Below are positions 20,377 through 30,397 of a DNA stretch of 64,000 bases, one piece after another (the first letter of the stretch is position 1; every line of letters starts with the position of its first letter). The notes under the pieces are model-generated. The model was not told where the DNA came from. It did not search any database and saw only the letters and a program-made list of their open reading frames with translations. The translations under genes and the position numbers were made by a program. Origin of the DNA: Alphaproteobacteria bacterium (GTDB lineage: Bacteria; Pseudomonadota; Alphaproteobacteria; JANQMY01); the NCBI GenBank assembly GCA_028289425.1, contig JANQPL010000014.1:196886-260885 (forward strand), read 5' to 3'.

Positions 20377-20805
20377 ATGCCCCGACATCGTTATGTGGAC
20401 ATCATCGAAACCTACTACCGGGGCTGCAACACTCAAGATTACGATCTCATGATGTCGACCTTCACGGATGATGTGGTGCATTTCTTTGTCGATCACGACC
20501 CGGTGAAAGGGGCGCACCAACTTGCCAATTACTGGTGCAAAGTGGCCCCGCGCACCAAGGCCAATTGGTCCGTCGATCATGCGCTGGTTCAAGAACCGGA
20601 AGCCGTTATCGAATGGAGCATGGCGTGGACGCCGCCCGCCACCGGCCTAAGTGAGTTATTGCGAGGCGCCGAGTGGTACGTCTTTGAAGACGACTTGATT
20701 TCGGAGATTCGGTCATACCACAACAATTTTCACCTGGCGGATCCGAAGAATCGCGAGCTTTGGGGGTTTGACTATCTGGGCCGCGGATATCGCAAAGGAC
20801 TCTAA
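20377..20805 (+). CDS. SnoaL/NTF2-like protein
   Basis: YYRGCN..D...F.DDVV, VIEW, RGAEWYVFEDDLISEIRSY pattern. Confidence 0.75.
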   Translation: MPRHRYVDIIETYYRGCNTQDYDLMMSTFTDDVVHFFVDHDPVKGAHQLANYWCKVAPRTKANWSVDHALVQEPEAVIEWSMAWTPPATGLSELLRGAEWYVFEDDLISEIRSYHNNFHLADPKNRELWGFDYLGRGYRKGL

Positions 20806-20825
20806 ACCGGTGGCTGGTCTTAAGG

Positions 20826-21203
20826 TCAGATGCAGTCCGGCAGATTGAGCAGATTGTTTTCGGTCGTATCGTCGCCCTTCGTGCGAAAGTATGGGCCGGT
20901 TTCGCCGTCCACGATGATTACTTCCACCTCGCCCCGCTCCGTTCGCACGTAGAAACGCCGATCGCCGTTTTCGATCATGCGGCGCAGCTCGCGGTTCCCG
21001 GCGGTTACTTTTTGGCCGCTTGAAAGACACAACGCACGAATACTCTCCTGCGGATCGCCATCGAAACGCTCGACACCAACGACCTGATCTTCCTTTGCGG
21101 CACCGCCCGCGGCGCCAAACGGCAAGTCGCCCACCTGCCAGTAGTAGAACGCAACCAACACCAGCGCCACGATGATCATTGTAATCATGTGATATTGCCG
21201 CAT
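20826..21203 (-). CDS. DUF3892-like protein with N-terminal membrane anchor
   Basis: YFRTKGDDTTENNLLNLPDC; hydrophobic N-terminus; GAGGAG RBS. Confidence 0.7.
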   Translation of the reverse strand: MRQYHMITMIIVALVLVAFYYWQVGDLPFGAAGGAAKEDQVVGVERFDGDPQESIRALCLSSGQKVTAGNRELRRMIENGDRRFYVRTERGEVEVIIVDGETGPYFRTKGDDTTENNLLNLPDCI

Positions 21204-21369
21204 GCGCCGTGCTCCTCGCTTTCGGCTGCCTGATACCGGTCTATGTCATGGATTTACCAGCGAAAACGCTCATATCTCAAGGTGTGCTGTTGTTGCGCTG
21301 GAGAACGGTCCCCAATTCAGCTAAGCATAGCGTCAGGCAAGGATAAAAAAGAAAAGGTTGTAAGGGCAC

Positions 21370-21573
21370 ATGGATGTGGCTGCGTTAACTCCTTATTTGA
21401 TCCCAGTTTCGTTGTTTTTGGTTTTTTGCGTGTTGCTCGTGGGCATTTACAGTCTGTTTGTGGGCGGAGATTTCGGGCGCAGTTACTCCAACAAACTAAT
21501 GCGCTTGCGCGTGGTTGCGCAATTCGTCGCCGTCCTTATCATCATGGGTGTCTATTACTTCACGAGCGGCTGA
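21370..21573 (+). CDS. HIG1-domain twin-TM small protein
   Basis: Two TM helices around SNKLMRLRVVAQ; overlaps the pduO start (TGATG). Confidence 0.85.
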   Translation: MDVAALTPYLIPVSLFLVFCVLLVGIYSLFVGGDFGRSYSNKLMRLRVVAQFVAVLIIMGVYYFTSG

Positions 21574-22142
21574 TGGTTACCCTCAACAAGATCTACACAA
21601 AGACCGGCGACAAAGGGGAAACTGCCCTGGGCACCGGCGAGCGCGTTGCAAAGTTTGCCTTGCGCATTGAAGCTTACGGCACGGTTGACGAAACCAATGC
21701 CGCCATCGGCATTGCGCGGCAGCATACGAATGACCAATTGGACCAAATGCTGGAACGCGTTCAGAACGATTTGTTTGATCTGGGGGCAGATCTTTGTACG
21801 CCGGATACCGGCGAAAAGCTCGACTATGAACCCCTGCGCATTGTGCCGGATCAGGTGAAACGCCTGGAACAAGAAATCGATACGCTCAACGAGAAACTCG
21901 AGCCTCTCAAATCGTTTGTTCTTCCGGCCGGGACGCCGGCCGCGGCAGCGCTTCACTTGGCGCGCACGGTTTCCCGGCGTGCGGAGCGCCGCATGGTGGA
22001 GCTTGCGACCCAGGAGAAAGTAGGCGACGCAGCGCTTCAATACATCAACCGCTTGTCGGACTTTCTGTTCGTGGCAAGCCGTTATGTGAACGCACAAGCG
22101 AATGGCGACGTGCTTTGGCAACCGGGCGCCAACAGGTCTTGA
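21573..22142 (+). CDS. pduO: PduO-type cob(I)alamin adenosyltransferase
   Basis: KIYTKTGDKGET, YGTVDETN, QNDLFDLGADL, RRAER, NRLSDFLF; start coupled to the HIG1 stop. Confidence 0.92.
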   Translation: MVTLNKIYTKTGDKGETALGTGERVAKFALRIEAYGTVDETNAAIGIARQHTNDQLDQMLERVQNDLFDLGADLCTPDTGEKLDYEPLRIVPDQVKRLEQEIDTLNEKLEPLKSFVLPAGTPAAAALHLARTVSRRAERRMVELATQEKVGDAALQYINRLSDFLFVASRYVNAQANGDVLWQPGANRS

Positions 22143-22178
22143 ATTCAGCACAAAGACAATATCGGAGGAATCTCAGCC

Positions 22179-23567
22179 ATGATGACGGGGGAACAATATA
22201 AGGCGTCTCTCAATGACGGGCGCGCCACCTTCTTTGAGGGGCGGCGCGTGGACGACATTATTGCGGAACCGTTGCTGGGCCAAACCGCCGCTGTCGTCGC
22301 AGACACCTATGATCGTTTCTACAAGCCCGAGCCCGACGCCATCAGCGACTATATGAAGGTTCCCGGATCTGCGACCGAACTGTGGGACCAGGTGGCAGCC
22401 CATCATGATGTGGATCTGCTAACCCACGTTACCTACGCGTCGATCATGACACTGCTCACCGCCGCGGACCGCATTTCGGAAAAGCGGCCGCAGGCGGTCG
22501 GCGCGATCCATAAATATGTAGACTTTGTGCAAAAGAACGATCTGCGCGTAACCCAATGCATCACCGACGCAAAGGGCGACCGCAGCAAACACCCGGCCGA
22601 CCAGCAAGACCCGGACGCCTATGTCCGCGTGGTCGACCGCAAGGATGATGGCGTCGTCATCCGCGGCGCCAAGCTGCACATCTCCGGCGCGTCCTTGGGT
22701 CACGAGCTCATGACCATCCCCACCAAAGCCATGCGCCCGGGTGAGGAAGACTATTCGATTGCCTGCATGGTGCCCGTGAATGCGCCGGGCGTGAAGATTG
22801 TGAACACCACCTATGCGCCGCGTCATGAAGACACGCGCGACTTTCCGGTCTCGGGACAATACCACATGCCGGAGGGGTTCGTGATTTTCGATGATGTGTT
22901 CGTCTCCAATGACCGGGTGTTTCTGGATGGCGAGACAGAATACGCGGCCGTGTTCGCCCATTCCCTCGGGCTTTGGGAACGCCTGGGCGGGCTCGCTTCC
23001 ATGGCGGACGGCGCTGATGAAATGGTGGGCTTTGCTCAGTTGATTGCCGAAGCCAACGGTCTGGAATGCGTGGGCCATGTGAAAGAAAAGATTTCCGAAA
23101 TGATCATCCACGCAACGCTCGTTCGCGCGTCACTGGAAGCGGCCATTTCCAATTGCCAGGTAACCAGTGACGGGGCCGCCTTCCCAGATGAACTGTACAC
23201 CAATGCGGGCAAATATCATGGCGCCGCCAATTACAATGCGATGGTCCGCCATCTGCACGACATCGCCGGCGGCTCTGTTTTAACCGCGCCGGGCATTGCG
23301 GACCTGGAGAACGAAGAAACGGGCCACCTTATCCGGAAGTATATGGGCACGAAGCAATCCGTCGACGGAGCATATCGGACCCGTCTGTTCCACGCGATCC
23401 GCGACGTGACTGCCGATTCCTTCGGCGGCTGGAAGGCCGTCACCAATGTGCAGGCCGGCGGGGGCCTCTACGCACAACGCATTGTCACGCGCAAACACTA
23501 CGACATGGAAAAGGCAAAGTCGCTCGCCCTAAAGACCGCGCGGATCGAGCCGTCCGAAGCGGTCTAG
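22179..23567 (+). CDS. 4-hydroxyphenylacetate 3-hydroxylase (HpaB) / 4-hydroxybutyryl-CoA dehydratase superfamily flavoprotein
   Basis: MTGEQYKASLNDGR, ITDAKGDRS, GVVIRGAKLHIS, FDDVFV, HDIAGG. Confidence 0.8.
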   Translation: MMTGEQYKASLNDGRATFFEGRRVDDIIAEPLLGQTAAVVADTYDRFYKPEPDAISDYMKVPGSATELWDQVAAHHDVDLLTHVTYASIMTLLTAADRISEKRPQAVGAIHKYVDFVQKNDLRVTQCITDAKGDRSKHPADQQDPDAYVRVVDRKDDGVVIRGAKLHISGASLGHELMTIPTKAMRPGEEDYSIACMVPVNAPGVKIVNTTYAPRHEDTRDFPVSGQYHMPEGFVIFDDVFVSNDRVFLDGETEYAAVFAHSLGLWERLGGLASMADGADEMVGFAQLIAEANGLECVGHVKEKISEMIIHATLVRASLEAAISNCQVTSDGAAFPDELYTNAGKYHGAANYNAMVRHLHDIAGGSVLTAPGIADLENEETGHLIRKYMGTKQSVDGAYRTRLFHAIRDVTADSFGGWKAVTNVQAGGGLYAQRIVTRKHYDMEKAKSLALKTARIEPSEAV

Positions 23568-23579
23568 AGCAAACCTGAT

Positions 23580-23999
23580 CTAGTACCTTCTGAAGCCTTT
23601 GCCGTGGAAGCCACGGTGAAACCCGTTGCCGTGGAACGAACGGCCATGAAATCCGTGGAATCTGCTTCCGTGAAAACGACGGCCATGGAAGCGTTTGCCA
23701 TGGAAGGCTCTGCCGTGAAATCCGCCCCGGTAAAAGCGCTTGCCGTGAAAGCTTCGTCCATGAAAGCCTCTGCCATAGAAGCGGCTCCCATGGTGAAAAC
23801 CGCGGCTACGGAAGCCGCCATGGTACCCCCTTCCATAATAGCCGCGCTTGAAAGTGACGGCTTCGACGGGCGCCGAATACCCCAGTGCCCGATCGTGTCC
23901 TGTTACTTTCAGGGGCGATGCGTGCGCCCCCGTCGTGAGAGCGACCAATGTCAGCGCTGCCGCGCCCACCAAGATTAGTTTTCCGACAGTTCCAAGCAT
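23580..23999 (-). CDS. Secreted Gly/Phe/His/Arg-rich pentapeptide-repeat protein
   Basis: AAAGGAG RBS, signal peptide ending AHA, C-terminal ~90 aa of xxFHG-like repeats. Confidence 0.8.
   Translation of the reverse strand: MLGTVGKLILVGAAALTLVALTTGAHASPLKVTGHDRALGYSAPVEAVTFKRGYYGRGYHGGFRSRGFHHGSRFYGRGFHGRSFHGKRFYRGGFHGRAFHGKRFHGRRFHGSRFHGFHGRSFHGNGFHRGFHGKGFRRY
23583..23852 (-). repeat. Degenerate 15-bp coding tandem repeat (xxFHG)
   Basis: Recurrent CCGTGAAA/CCATGGAA/CCGTGGAA at ~15-bp period on the plus strand; ten exact FHG tripeptides. Confidence 0.85.
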
Positions 24000-24193
24000 G
24001 ACGAACTCCTTTCTGGGTCCGCGGACGTCGAGGGCCCGCAGGATCTTCCCGCCCCAGCTGATCAATTAATTGGGGCCAAACGGCGGGCGCGCCAGGCACA
24101 TTCGGTCAATAAGCCGTGATTTCCGTTCATCGAAAAGCCCCAGATTTCCCGTGCTTTTGTGAACGGTTGGGGGTCATTGCGGCGAGCGAAAAC

Positions 24194-24226
24194 AAAAAAA
24201 GGCCCGACGCACCAAAACGCCGGGCC
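24194..24226 (-). terminator. Intrinsic terminator after the cyclase gene
   Basis: GGCCCG(A)CG/CG(C)CGGGCC stem with an A-run on the plus strand (U-tract on minus). Confidence 0.7.
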
Positions 24227-24249
24227 CTTCGGAAAAAAGTGTGTCCGAA

Positions 24250-25191
24250 CTAGCGGATCGCGATCGGATTGATGACCATTTGCACTGCGCCTTCGAAACG
24301 CGGCACGCCAAGCACAAACATGAACTCGTAAGCCTCGTCAGCGGAAAGCTCAGCCGTCTGAATGTTCTCCAGGATGTGAACGCCGCGTTTGGCCAAAAGT
24401 GTCGTATGCACGATGAAAATCTCTTCTTCGGATTCGCCCGGTAAGGCTTCCAACGCCCAGGTATCTGCACCGATGGCGACCACGCCCTGATCGGCCAAAT
24501 ACGTGGCACCATCAAGACCAATACCCGGCTGCCCCTGAATGAAACGCTCCGGATCGGTTTCCACGAGGCTTTGCCAGCCTGTGTGAAACAGCACAACATC
24601 GCCCTTACCGATTTCGACGCCTTGCGCTTTTGCTTGCGCTTTGATGGCAGCGCTGTTGAACACCGTGCCTTCCGTAAGGATCGGCGCACCATAATACTTT
24701 GTCATGTCGATCAGCACGCCACGTGTGGCGATCGCCGGGATTTCGTGGGTGCCAAACTTCTTCAGACCCGTCGGCGTGAACAAGTCCGACACATGAACGC
24801 CGTTGTAGTATTTGTGGTCAATGCCGGCGTGACCGAAGCCGTCAATCTGCGTGCCGATACCAAGCCAAGAAATCAACAGGTCATCATTGAAGACGCCCTT
24901 TTGCGCGCCTAAGAAGGGACCGCCCGAGCCGTCTCCATGCGGATAAAGCACCATTTGAAAATTACGGGTCCCGAAAGCCGGTGTCTTGGTGCCGGTTACA
25001 CCGCCCAGCCGATAGGTCTTCCCTTCGGTAACGAGCCCGGCTGCCGCAGTGACTTTTTCCGGCGTAATGTTGTTGACCGCGCCGATCGTGTCGTCCGCAC
25101 CATATTCCGACGGATACCAATCATCTTCGGCGCTCGCCGCCGTGATCATCAGCCCCGACAACAAAACCCCGCGAAACAGCGCCTTCAACAT
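24250..25191 (-). CDS. Secreted cyclase-family (kynurenine formamidase-like) metal-dependent hydrolase
   Basis: Signal peptide ending ASA, GTQIDGFGH, TRGVLID, GDVVLFHTGW, GADTW, HILEN. Confidence 0.85.
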   Translation of the reverse strand: MLKALFRGVLLSGLMITAASAEDDWYPSEYGADDTIGAVNNITPEKVTAAAGLVTEGKTYRLGGVTGTKTPAFGTRNFQMVLYPHGDGSGGPFLGAQKGVFNDDLLISWLGIGTQIDGFGHAGIDHKYYNGVHVSDLFTPTGLKKFGTHEIPAIATRGVLIDMTKYYGAPILTEGTVFNSAAIKAQAKAQGVEIGKGDVVLFHTGWQSLVETDPERFIQGQPGIGLDGATYLADQGVVAIGADTWALEALPGESEEEIFIVHTTLLAKRGVHILENIQTAELSADEAYEFMFVLGVPRFEGAVQMVINPIAIR

Positions 25192-25551
25192 CCGTGTCCT
25201 CCCTGTGGTGCGTTGGCATCCGCCCCTTATTCCGGGATTGCCGCCGGACCGCAAGGGCCTATTGAAGAAGCGGCGAACCGGCCACCGCGATGCGTCGACA
25301 TGCCGCAAGAACTGGTTGTCCTAAGGATCTTCGCACCCGCAGAACCCCTTTCGCAGATGCAACGCTTCATTTTGGCTCAAATAGGGCGCTGTTCGTTGAC
25401 AGCACTCTAGACCGATATTACTTTGCCGCAGCGCACAACGCCCGTGCGATCATCCATCCGATGCTGATTTTCGGCCACTTGACGATCGGGTGGGCGTGTG
25501 ATGGGACAGTCCGCACAGAAAAGAGACAGCAACTGAGGTGGAGAACAGCCG

Positions 25552-26301
25552 ATGAAGGTCCTCGTGCCCGTAAAACGGGTCGTCGATTATAACGTGAAAA
25601 TTCGCGTGAAGCCTGATCAAACGGGCGTCGATCTGGCAAACGTGAAAATGTCGATGAACCCTTTCGACGAGATTTCGGTTGAAGAAGCCGTCCGTCTGAA
25701 AGAAGCCGGCACCGCGACGGAAGTGATCGCCGTCTCCGTTGGACCTCAGCAGGCACAAGAAACCATCCGTACCGCGCTGGCCATGGGCGCCGACCGGGGC
25801 ATTTTGGTCAAGACCGACGAGACCGTTGAACCCCTGGCAGTCGCGAAAATCCTCAAAGCGATCTGCGATGCCGAAAGCCCGGATCTGGTGATCCTGGGCA
25901 AGCAGGCGATCGATGACGACTGCAATCAGACCGGTCAGATGCTTGCCGCCTTGCTCGGCTGGCCGCAGGGAACGTTTGCCTCCGAACTGAAATTTGCCGA
26001 CGGCAAGCTGGACGTTACCCGCGAAATCGACGGCGGTTTGCAAACCGTCAAGATCAACATGCCGGCTGTTGTGACGGTCGATCTGCGGCTCAATGAACCG
26101 CGCTATGCGTCGCTTCCCAACATCATGAAGGCGAAGAAAAAGCCGATCGATGAAAAATCGCCCGAAGAATACAGCGTCGACATCTCACCGCGCCTTGAAG
26201 TTTTGAAAGTGACCGACCCGCCCCAGCGTGAAGCGGGCGTCAAGGTGGAAACCGTGGCGGAATTGGTCGAAAAACTCAAAAGCGAAGCAGGTGTCATCTA
26301 A
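25552..26301 (+). CDS. etfB: Electron transfer flavoprotein beta subunit
   Basis: [46 protein letters not shown]. Confidence 0.97.
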   Translation: MKVLVPVKRVVDYNVKIRVKPDQTGVDLANVKMSMNPFDEISVEEAVRLKEAGTATEVIAVSVGPQQAQETIRTALAMGADRGILVKTDETVEPLAVAKILKAICDAESPDLVILGKQAIDDDCNQTGQMLAALLGWPQGTFASELKFADGKLDVTREIDGGLQTVKINMPAVVTVDLRLNEPRYASLPNIMKAKKKPIDEKSPEEYSVDISPRLEVLKVTDPPQREAGVKVETVAELVEKLKSEAGVI

Positions 26302-27242
26302 TGTCTACATTGGTAATTGCAGAACACGATAATGCGTCGCTGAGAGACGCAACCCACAAGACGATTACTGCCGCCGCCGCCCTGGGCGCTCCTGTCACCG
26401 TGCTTGTTGCCGGGTCCGGCTGCGCATCTGTCGGCGAAGAAGCATCGAAGCTTGCCGGCGTTGAAAAGGTTTTGGTGGCGGATGATCCGGCCCTTGAGAA
26501 ACAGCTGGCCGAACCGATGGCCGCTCTTGTAATTTCTTTATCTGGCGATTATTCGGCGATCGTTGCGCCGGCAACCACGAACGGCAAGAACTACAGCCCC
26601 CGGATCGCAGCAATGCTCGACTCCGCGCAGATTTCCGAGATTGTTTCGGTGGAAAGCCCAGATACGTTTATTCGGCCCATTTATGCCGGTAATGCCATGC
26701 AAACCGTCAAGTCGAGCGACGCCAAGAAAGTCATCACGGTACGGACGACAGCATTTAAGGCTGCGGAAGAAGGCGGCTCGGCACCGGTGGAATCCGTTTC
26801 GCTGACGGACAATCCGGGCATCTCTGAATATGTGGGCGAAGAATTGTCCAAATCCGACCGTCCCGAACTGACGTCTGCGAAGATCATCATTTCAGGCGGA
26901 CGCGGCATGCAAAGCGGCGAGAACTTTGCCATGCTGGAAAAAGTCGCCGACAAACTGAACGCCGCTGTGGGCGCCTCGCGTGCTGCCGTGGACGCAGGCT
27001 TTGTTCCCAACGATTATCAGGTCGGTCAGACCGGCAAAGTGGTCGCGCCGGAACTCTACATTGCCGTCGGCATCTCGGGCGCCATTCAGCACTTGGCGGG
27101 TATGAAGGATTCAAAAGTGATCGTGGCCATCAACAAAGATGAAGAGGCTCCGATCTTCCAGGTCGCCGACTACGGTCTGGTCGCCGACTTGTTCAAGGCT
27201 GTCCCGGAATTGGAAGAGGAACTCGGGAAAGCCGGTTTGTAG
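26301..27242 (+). CDS. etfA: Electron transfer flavoprotein alpha subunit
   Basis: [38 protein letters not shown]. Confidence 0.97.
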   Translation: MSTLVIAEHDNASLRDATHKTITAAAALGAPVTVLVAGSGCASVGEEASKLAGVEKVLVADDPALEKQLAEPMAALVISLSGDYSAIVAPATTNGKNYSPRIAAMLDSAQISEIVSVESPDTFIRPIYAGNAMQTVKSSDAKKVITVRTTAFKAAEEGGSAPVESVSLTDNPGISEYVGEELSKSDRPELTSAKIIISGGRGMQSGENFAMLEKVADKLNAAVGASRAAVDAGFVPNDYQVGQTGKVVAPELYIAVGISGAIQHLAGMKDSKVIVAINKDEEAPIFQVADYGLVADLFKAVPELEEELGKAGL

Positions 27243-27304
27243 AGGCGCGCCTGCGCACAACAAAGGACACATCGGCGCCCGCTGGGTGCTGATGGGCGGG
27301 ACAC

Positions 27305-28180
27305 ATGGAAATAAAACGCATCGGGATTGTGGGTGCCGGCCAAATGGGCAACGGCATTGCGCATGTTTGCGCCCTATCGGGATACGATGTGGTGCTCAGC
27401 GACATTAATGAAGACCAGATCAAGAGTGCGCTCGGCACAATTCAACATAACCTGTCGCGGCAGGTGGTGCGTGGCGCAATCACCGAAGCCGACCGGGAAG
27501 ACACACTTCGCCGGATCAACGGGACCACATTGCTCGACGACCTGAGCGATGTGGATCTGGCCATTGAGGCCGCCACCGAAGACGAACAGGTCAAGCGGTC
27601 CATTTATGCCGATCTGTGCCCGGTGCTGCGGCCTGAGGCGATTTTGGCGACCAACACGTCGTCCATTTCCATAACGCGGCTGGCCTCGTCGAGTGACCGC
27701 CCCGAGCGTTTCATGGGACTGCATTTCATGAACCCGGTGCCGGTAATGCAGCTTGTGGAGCTCATTCGCGGTATCGCCACCGACGACGACACCTTCGAAA
27801 CCTTGCAGGGCGTCGTCAAACATATGGGCAAGACCGCCGCCTATTCGGAAGACTTCCCGGCCTTCATCGTCAACCGCATCCTGTTGCCCATGATCAACGA
27901 GGCGGTCTACACGCTCTATGAAGGCGTCGGCACGGTGGAAGCCATCGACACCGCCATGAAGCTGGGCGCCAACCACCCCATGGGGCCGTTGCAGCTTGGC
28001 GACTTCATCGGTTTGGACACCTGCCTCTCGATCATGCATGTGCTGTATGAAGGCTTGGCCGATTCCAAATACCGTCCGTGTCCGCTGCTGGTGAAGTATG
28101 TGGAGGCTGGCTGGCTGGGGCGAAAAACCCAGCGCGGGTTCTACGACTACCGGGGCGATGTGCCGGTCCCCACACGATAG
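27305..28180 (+). CDS. hbd: 3-hydroxybutyryl-CoA dehydrogenase
   Basis: GAGQMGNG, TNTSS, GLHFMNP, FIVNR, HPMGPL. Confidence 0.92.
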   Translation: MEIKRIGIVGAGQMGNGIAHVCALSGYDVVLSDINEDQIKSALGTIQHNLSRQVVRGAITEADREDTLRRINGTTLLDDLSDVDLAIEAATEDEQVKRSIYADLCPVLRPEAILATNTSSISITRLASSSDRPERFMGLHFMNPVPVMQLVELIRGIATDDDTFETLQGVVKHMGKTAAYSEDFPAFIVNRILLPMINEAVYTLYEGVGTVEAIDTAMKLGANHPMGPLQLGDFIGLDTCLSIMHVLYEGLADSKYRPCPLLVKYVEAGWLGRKTQRGFYDYRGDVPVPTR

Positions 28181-28194
28181 GGGGGAAAGAAAGC

Positions 28195-28791
28195 CTAACC
28201 CTGCATCTCGATGAAGTGCTCAATGAGGATTTGAGCATCATCCGCGTCCCAGGCCGCATCCCCTTCGAGATAGCCGATCAGACGTCCCTTAGGGTCAATC
28301 AAATAGGATGTGGGCAAACCTGCCGCGCCGAAATCTTCATGAAGTTTGAGTGTTTGATCATTGAAGAAATCAAGGTTACGGATGCCGTTCGTTTCCATCC
28401 AGTCGCGGGCTTTGTCAGGATCCCGGTCTAAACTGATGGCCACCACTTTGAAGCGGCTGCCGCCCAGTGCCTCTTGAAGGCGGTCGAGGGCCGGCATTTC
28501 CACGAGGCACGGCCCGCACCACGTGGCCCAAAGGTTGACGAGAATGACTTGGCCCCCAAAATCTGTCACGCGGACCTTGCTCCCTAATTTGTTTGTAAAC
28601 GGCACTTTCGGGAATTCGGGACGTTCGCTGACGATCACAAAGCGCGCCATGTCGCCACCGGGGACGAAGCCGGAATTGCGGTTGCTCGGCTCGCCCATCA
28701 TGGCGGCCCCGATCACATAGATCAGAGAAAGAACGCCAATGGCGACGAAAACCGTCAAAATGTGCTTTAAGGACGAATTCATTCCGGGCAT
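28195..28791 (-). CDS. tlpA: TlpA-family membrane-anchored thiol-disulfide oxidoreductase
   Basis: [21 protein letters not shown]-terminal TM; divergent from argH. Confidence 0.85.
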   Translation of the reverse strand: MPGMNSSLKHILTVFVAIGVLSLIYVIGAAMMGEPSNRNSGFVPGGDMARFVIVSERPEFPKVPFTNKLGSKVRVTDFGGQVILVNLWATWCGPCLVEMPALDRLQEALGGSRFKVVAISLDRDPDKARDWMETNGIRNLDFFNDQTLKLHEDFGAAGLPTSYLIDPKGRLIGYLEGDAAWDADDAQILIEHFIEMQG

Positions 28792-28818
28792 CGGCCAAAG
28801 TCTTTGCGAGGTCGCGAC

Positions 28819-30201
28819 ATGAACAAGAACAAAATGTGGGGCGGCCGGTTTGGCGCCAGCCCCAGCGAGATAATGCAAGAGATTAACGCGTCAATCGATA
28901 CCGACCGGCGTTTTGCCGCACAGGATATCGACGGATCCCGCGCCCATGCCAGAATGTTGGGGGAAACGGGCATTATCTCAAGAGAGGATGCGGCCAAAAT
29001 CCTCGATGGCCTCAACACGATTGCGTCAGAGCTGGACGACGGCAGCTTCCCCTATCGAGTTGAATTCGAAGACATTCACCTCAATGTGGAGGCCAGGCTC
29101 ACGGAATTGATTGGAGCTGCCGCAGGGCGGCTGCACACGGGCCGGTCGCGCAATGATCAAGTGGCCACCGATTTTCGGCTTTGGGTTCGGGATGCGATCG
29201 ACCGGGTTTTGACCGGACTCGCCGCCTTGCAGACAGCCCTTGTGGATCAAGCCGAAAACCATGCCGAAACGATCATGCCGGGCTTTACTCATCTACAGAC
29301 CGCGCAACCGGTCACGTTCGGCCATCACTGCCTTGCCTATGTGGAAATGTTCGAACGCGATATGGGGCGGTTCAGCGATGCGCGGCGCAGGCTTAATGAG
29401 AGCCCGCTGGGTGCCGCGGCACTTGCCGGCACATCCTTTCCGATCGACCGGGACATGACGGCCAAAACGCTTGGCTTTGATGCACCCATGCGCAATTCAT
29501 TAGATGCGGTGTCGGACCGGGACTTCGCCCTTGAAACCGCGAATGCGGCAACGATTTGTGCCGCTCACTTATCGCGGTTGGCGGAGGAGATTGTCGTCTG
29601 GTGCTCCGCCCAATTCGCCTTTGTGCAGTTGCCCGACGATCTGACGACGGGGTCGTCGATCATGCCGCAAAAGAGAAATCCGGATGCCGCGGAATTGATC
29701 CGTGCAAAGACGGGCCGGGTCAATGGGGCTGCCATCGCGCTGCTCACCATGATGAAAGGCCTGCCGCTTGCCTATTCCAAAGACATGCAGGAGGATAAGC
29801 AGCCAGTGTTCGATGCGGTCGATTCTCTGGAGTTGAGCCTGACGGCCATGACAGCCATGATCACCGCCCTAACCGTTCACAAAGACAACATGGCGGTGGC
29901 AGCAGCCCAGGGGTTCTCCACGGCCACGGATCTTGCCGACTGGCTGGTACGCGTGTTGAAAATGCCATTCCGCGACGCCCATCACACAACAGGCACCCTG
30001 GTCGCGCTGGCCGAAAAGAAGGGCATCGCCCTGGACGCGCTTACCCTCCAAGACATGCAGTCGGTGGAAAAGCGCATCACTGAAGATGTTTACTCGGTTC
30101 TATCGGTCGAAAATTCGGTTAAGAGCCGCGTGAGCGCCGGCGGCACGGCACCGGAAAGGGTTCGCGAGATGGTTTCTTTCTGGCAGAATAGGCTCAAGTG
30201 A
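28819..30201 (+). CDS. argH: Argininosuccinate lyase
   Basis: [37 protein letters not shown]. Confidence 0.97.
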   Translation: MNKNKMWGGRFGASPSEIMQEINASIDTDRRFAAQDIDGSRAHARMLGETGIISREDAAKILDGLNTIASELDDGSFPYRVEFEDIHLNVEARLTELIGAAAGRLHTGRSRNDQVATDFRLWVRDAIDRVLTGLAALQTALVDQAENHAETIMPGFTHLQTAQPVTFGHHCLAYVEMFERDMGRFSDARRRLNESPLGAAALAGTSFPIDRDMTAKTLGFDAPMRNSLDAVSDRDFALETANAATICAAHLSRLAEEIVVWCSAQFAFVQLPDDLTTGSSIMPQKRNPDAAELIRAKTGRVNGAAIALLTMMKGLPLAYSKDMQEDKQPVFDAVDSLELSLTAMTAMITALTVHKDNMAVAAAQGFSTATDLADWLVRVLKMPFRDAHHTTGTLVALAEKKGIALDALTLQDMQSVEKRITEDVYSVLSVENSVKSRVSAGGTAPERVREMVSFWQNRLK

Positions 30202-30226
30202 GCCTCATAATTGGGTGAAAGTACAC

Positions 30227-30379
30227 ATGAAAGTTTCACGAGCCAGCTATATGGTTATTGCGCTTTTCGCGACGGCGGTCATTTTGTCAGCCTGCGGAAA
30301 GAAAGCGCCCTTGGAGACACCGCCACCGCGTGAGGAGAAAGAGACGTCGGACGTCGCCTCCTGGGTGCCGATTGGATAA
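30227..30379 (+). CDS. LptM/YifL-like small lipoprotein (50 aa)
   Basis: Manual translation MKVSRASYMVIALFATAVILSACGKKAPLETPPP...; lipobox LSAC followed by GKKAPL; typical position between argH and lysA. Confidence 0.8.
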   Translation: MKVSRASYMVIALFATAVILSACGKKAPLETPPPREEKETSDVASWVPIG

Positions 30380-30397
30380 CACTGAAGTTCAGTATTC

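Noticed and set aside
23583-23852. Periodic repeats as a CRISPR array
   Set aside because: 15-bp in-frame degenerate coding repeats with no unique spacers and no cas genes.
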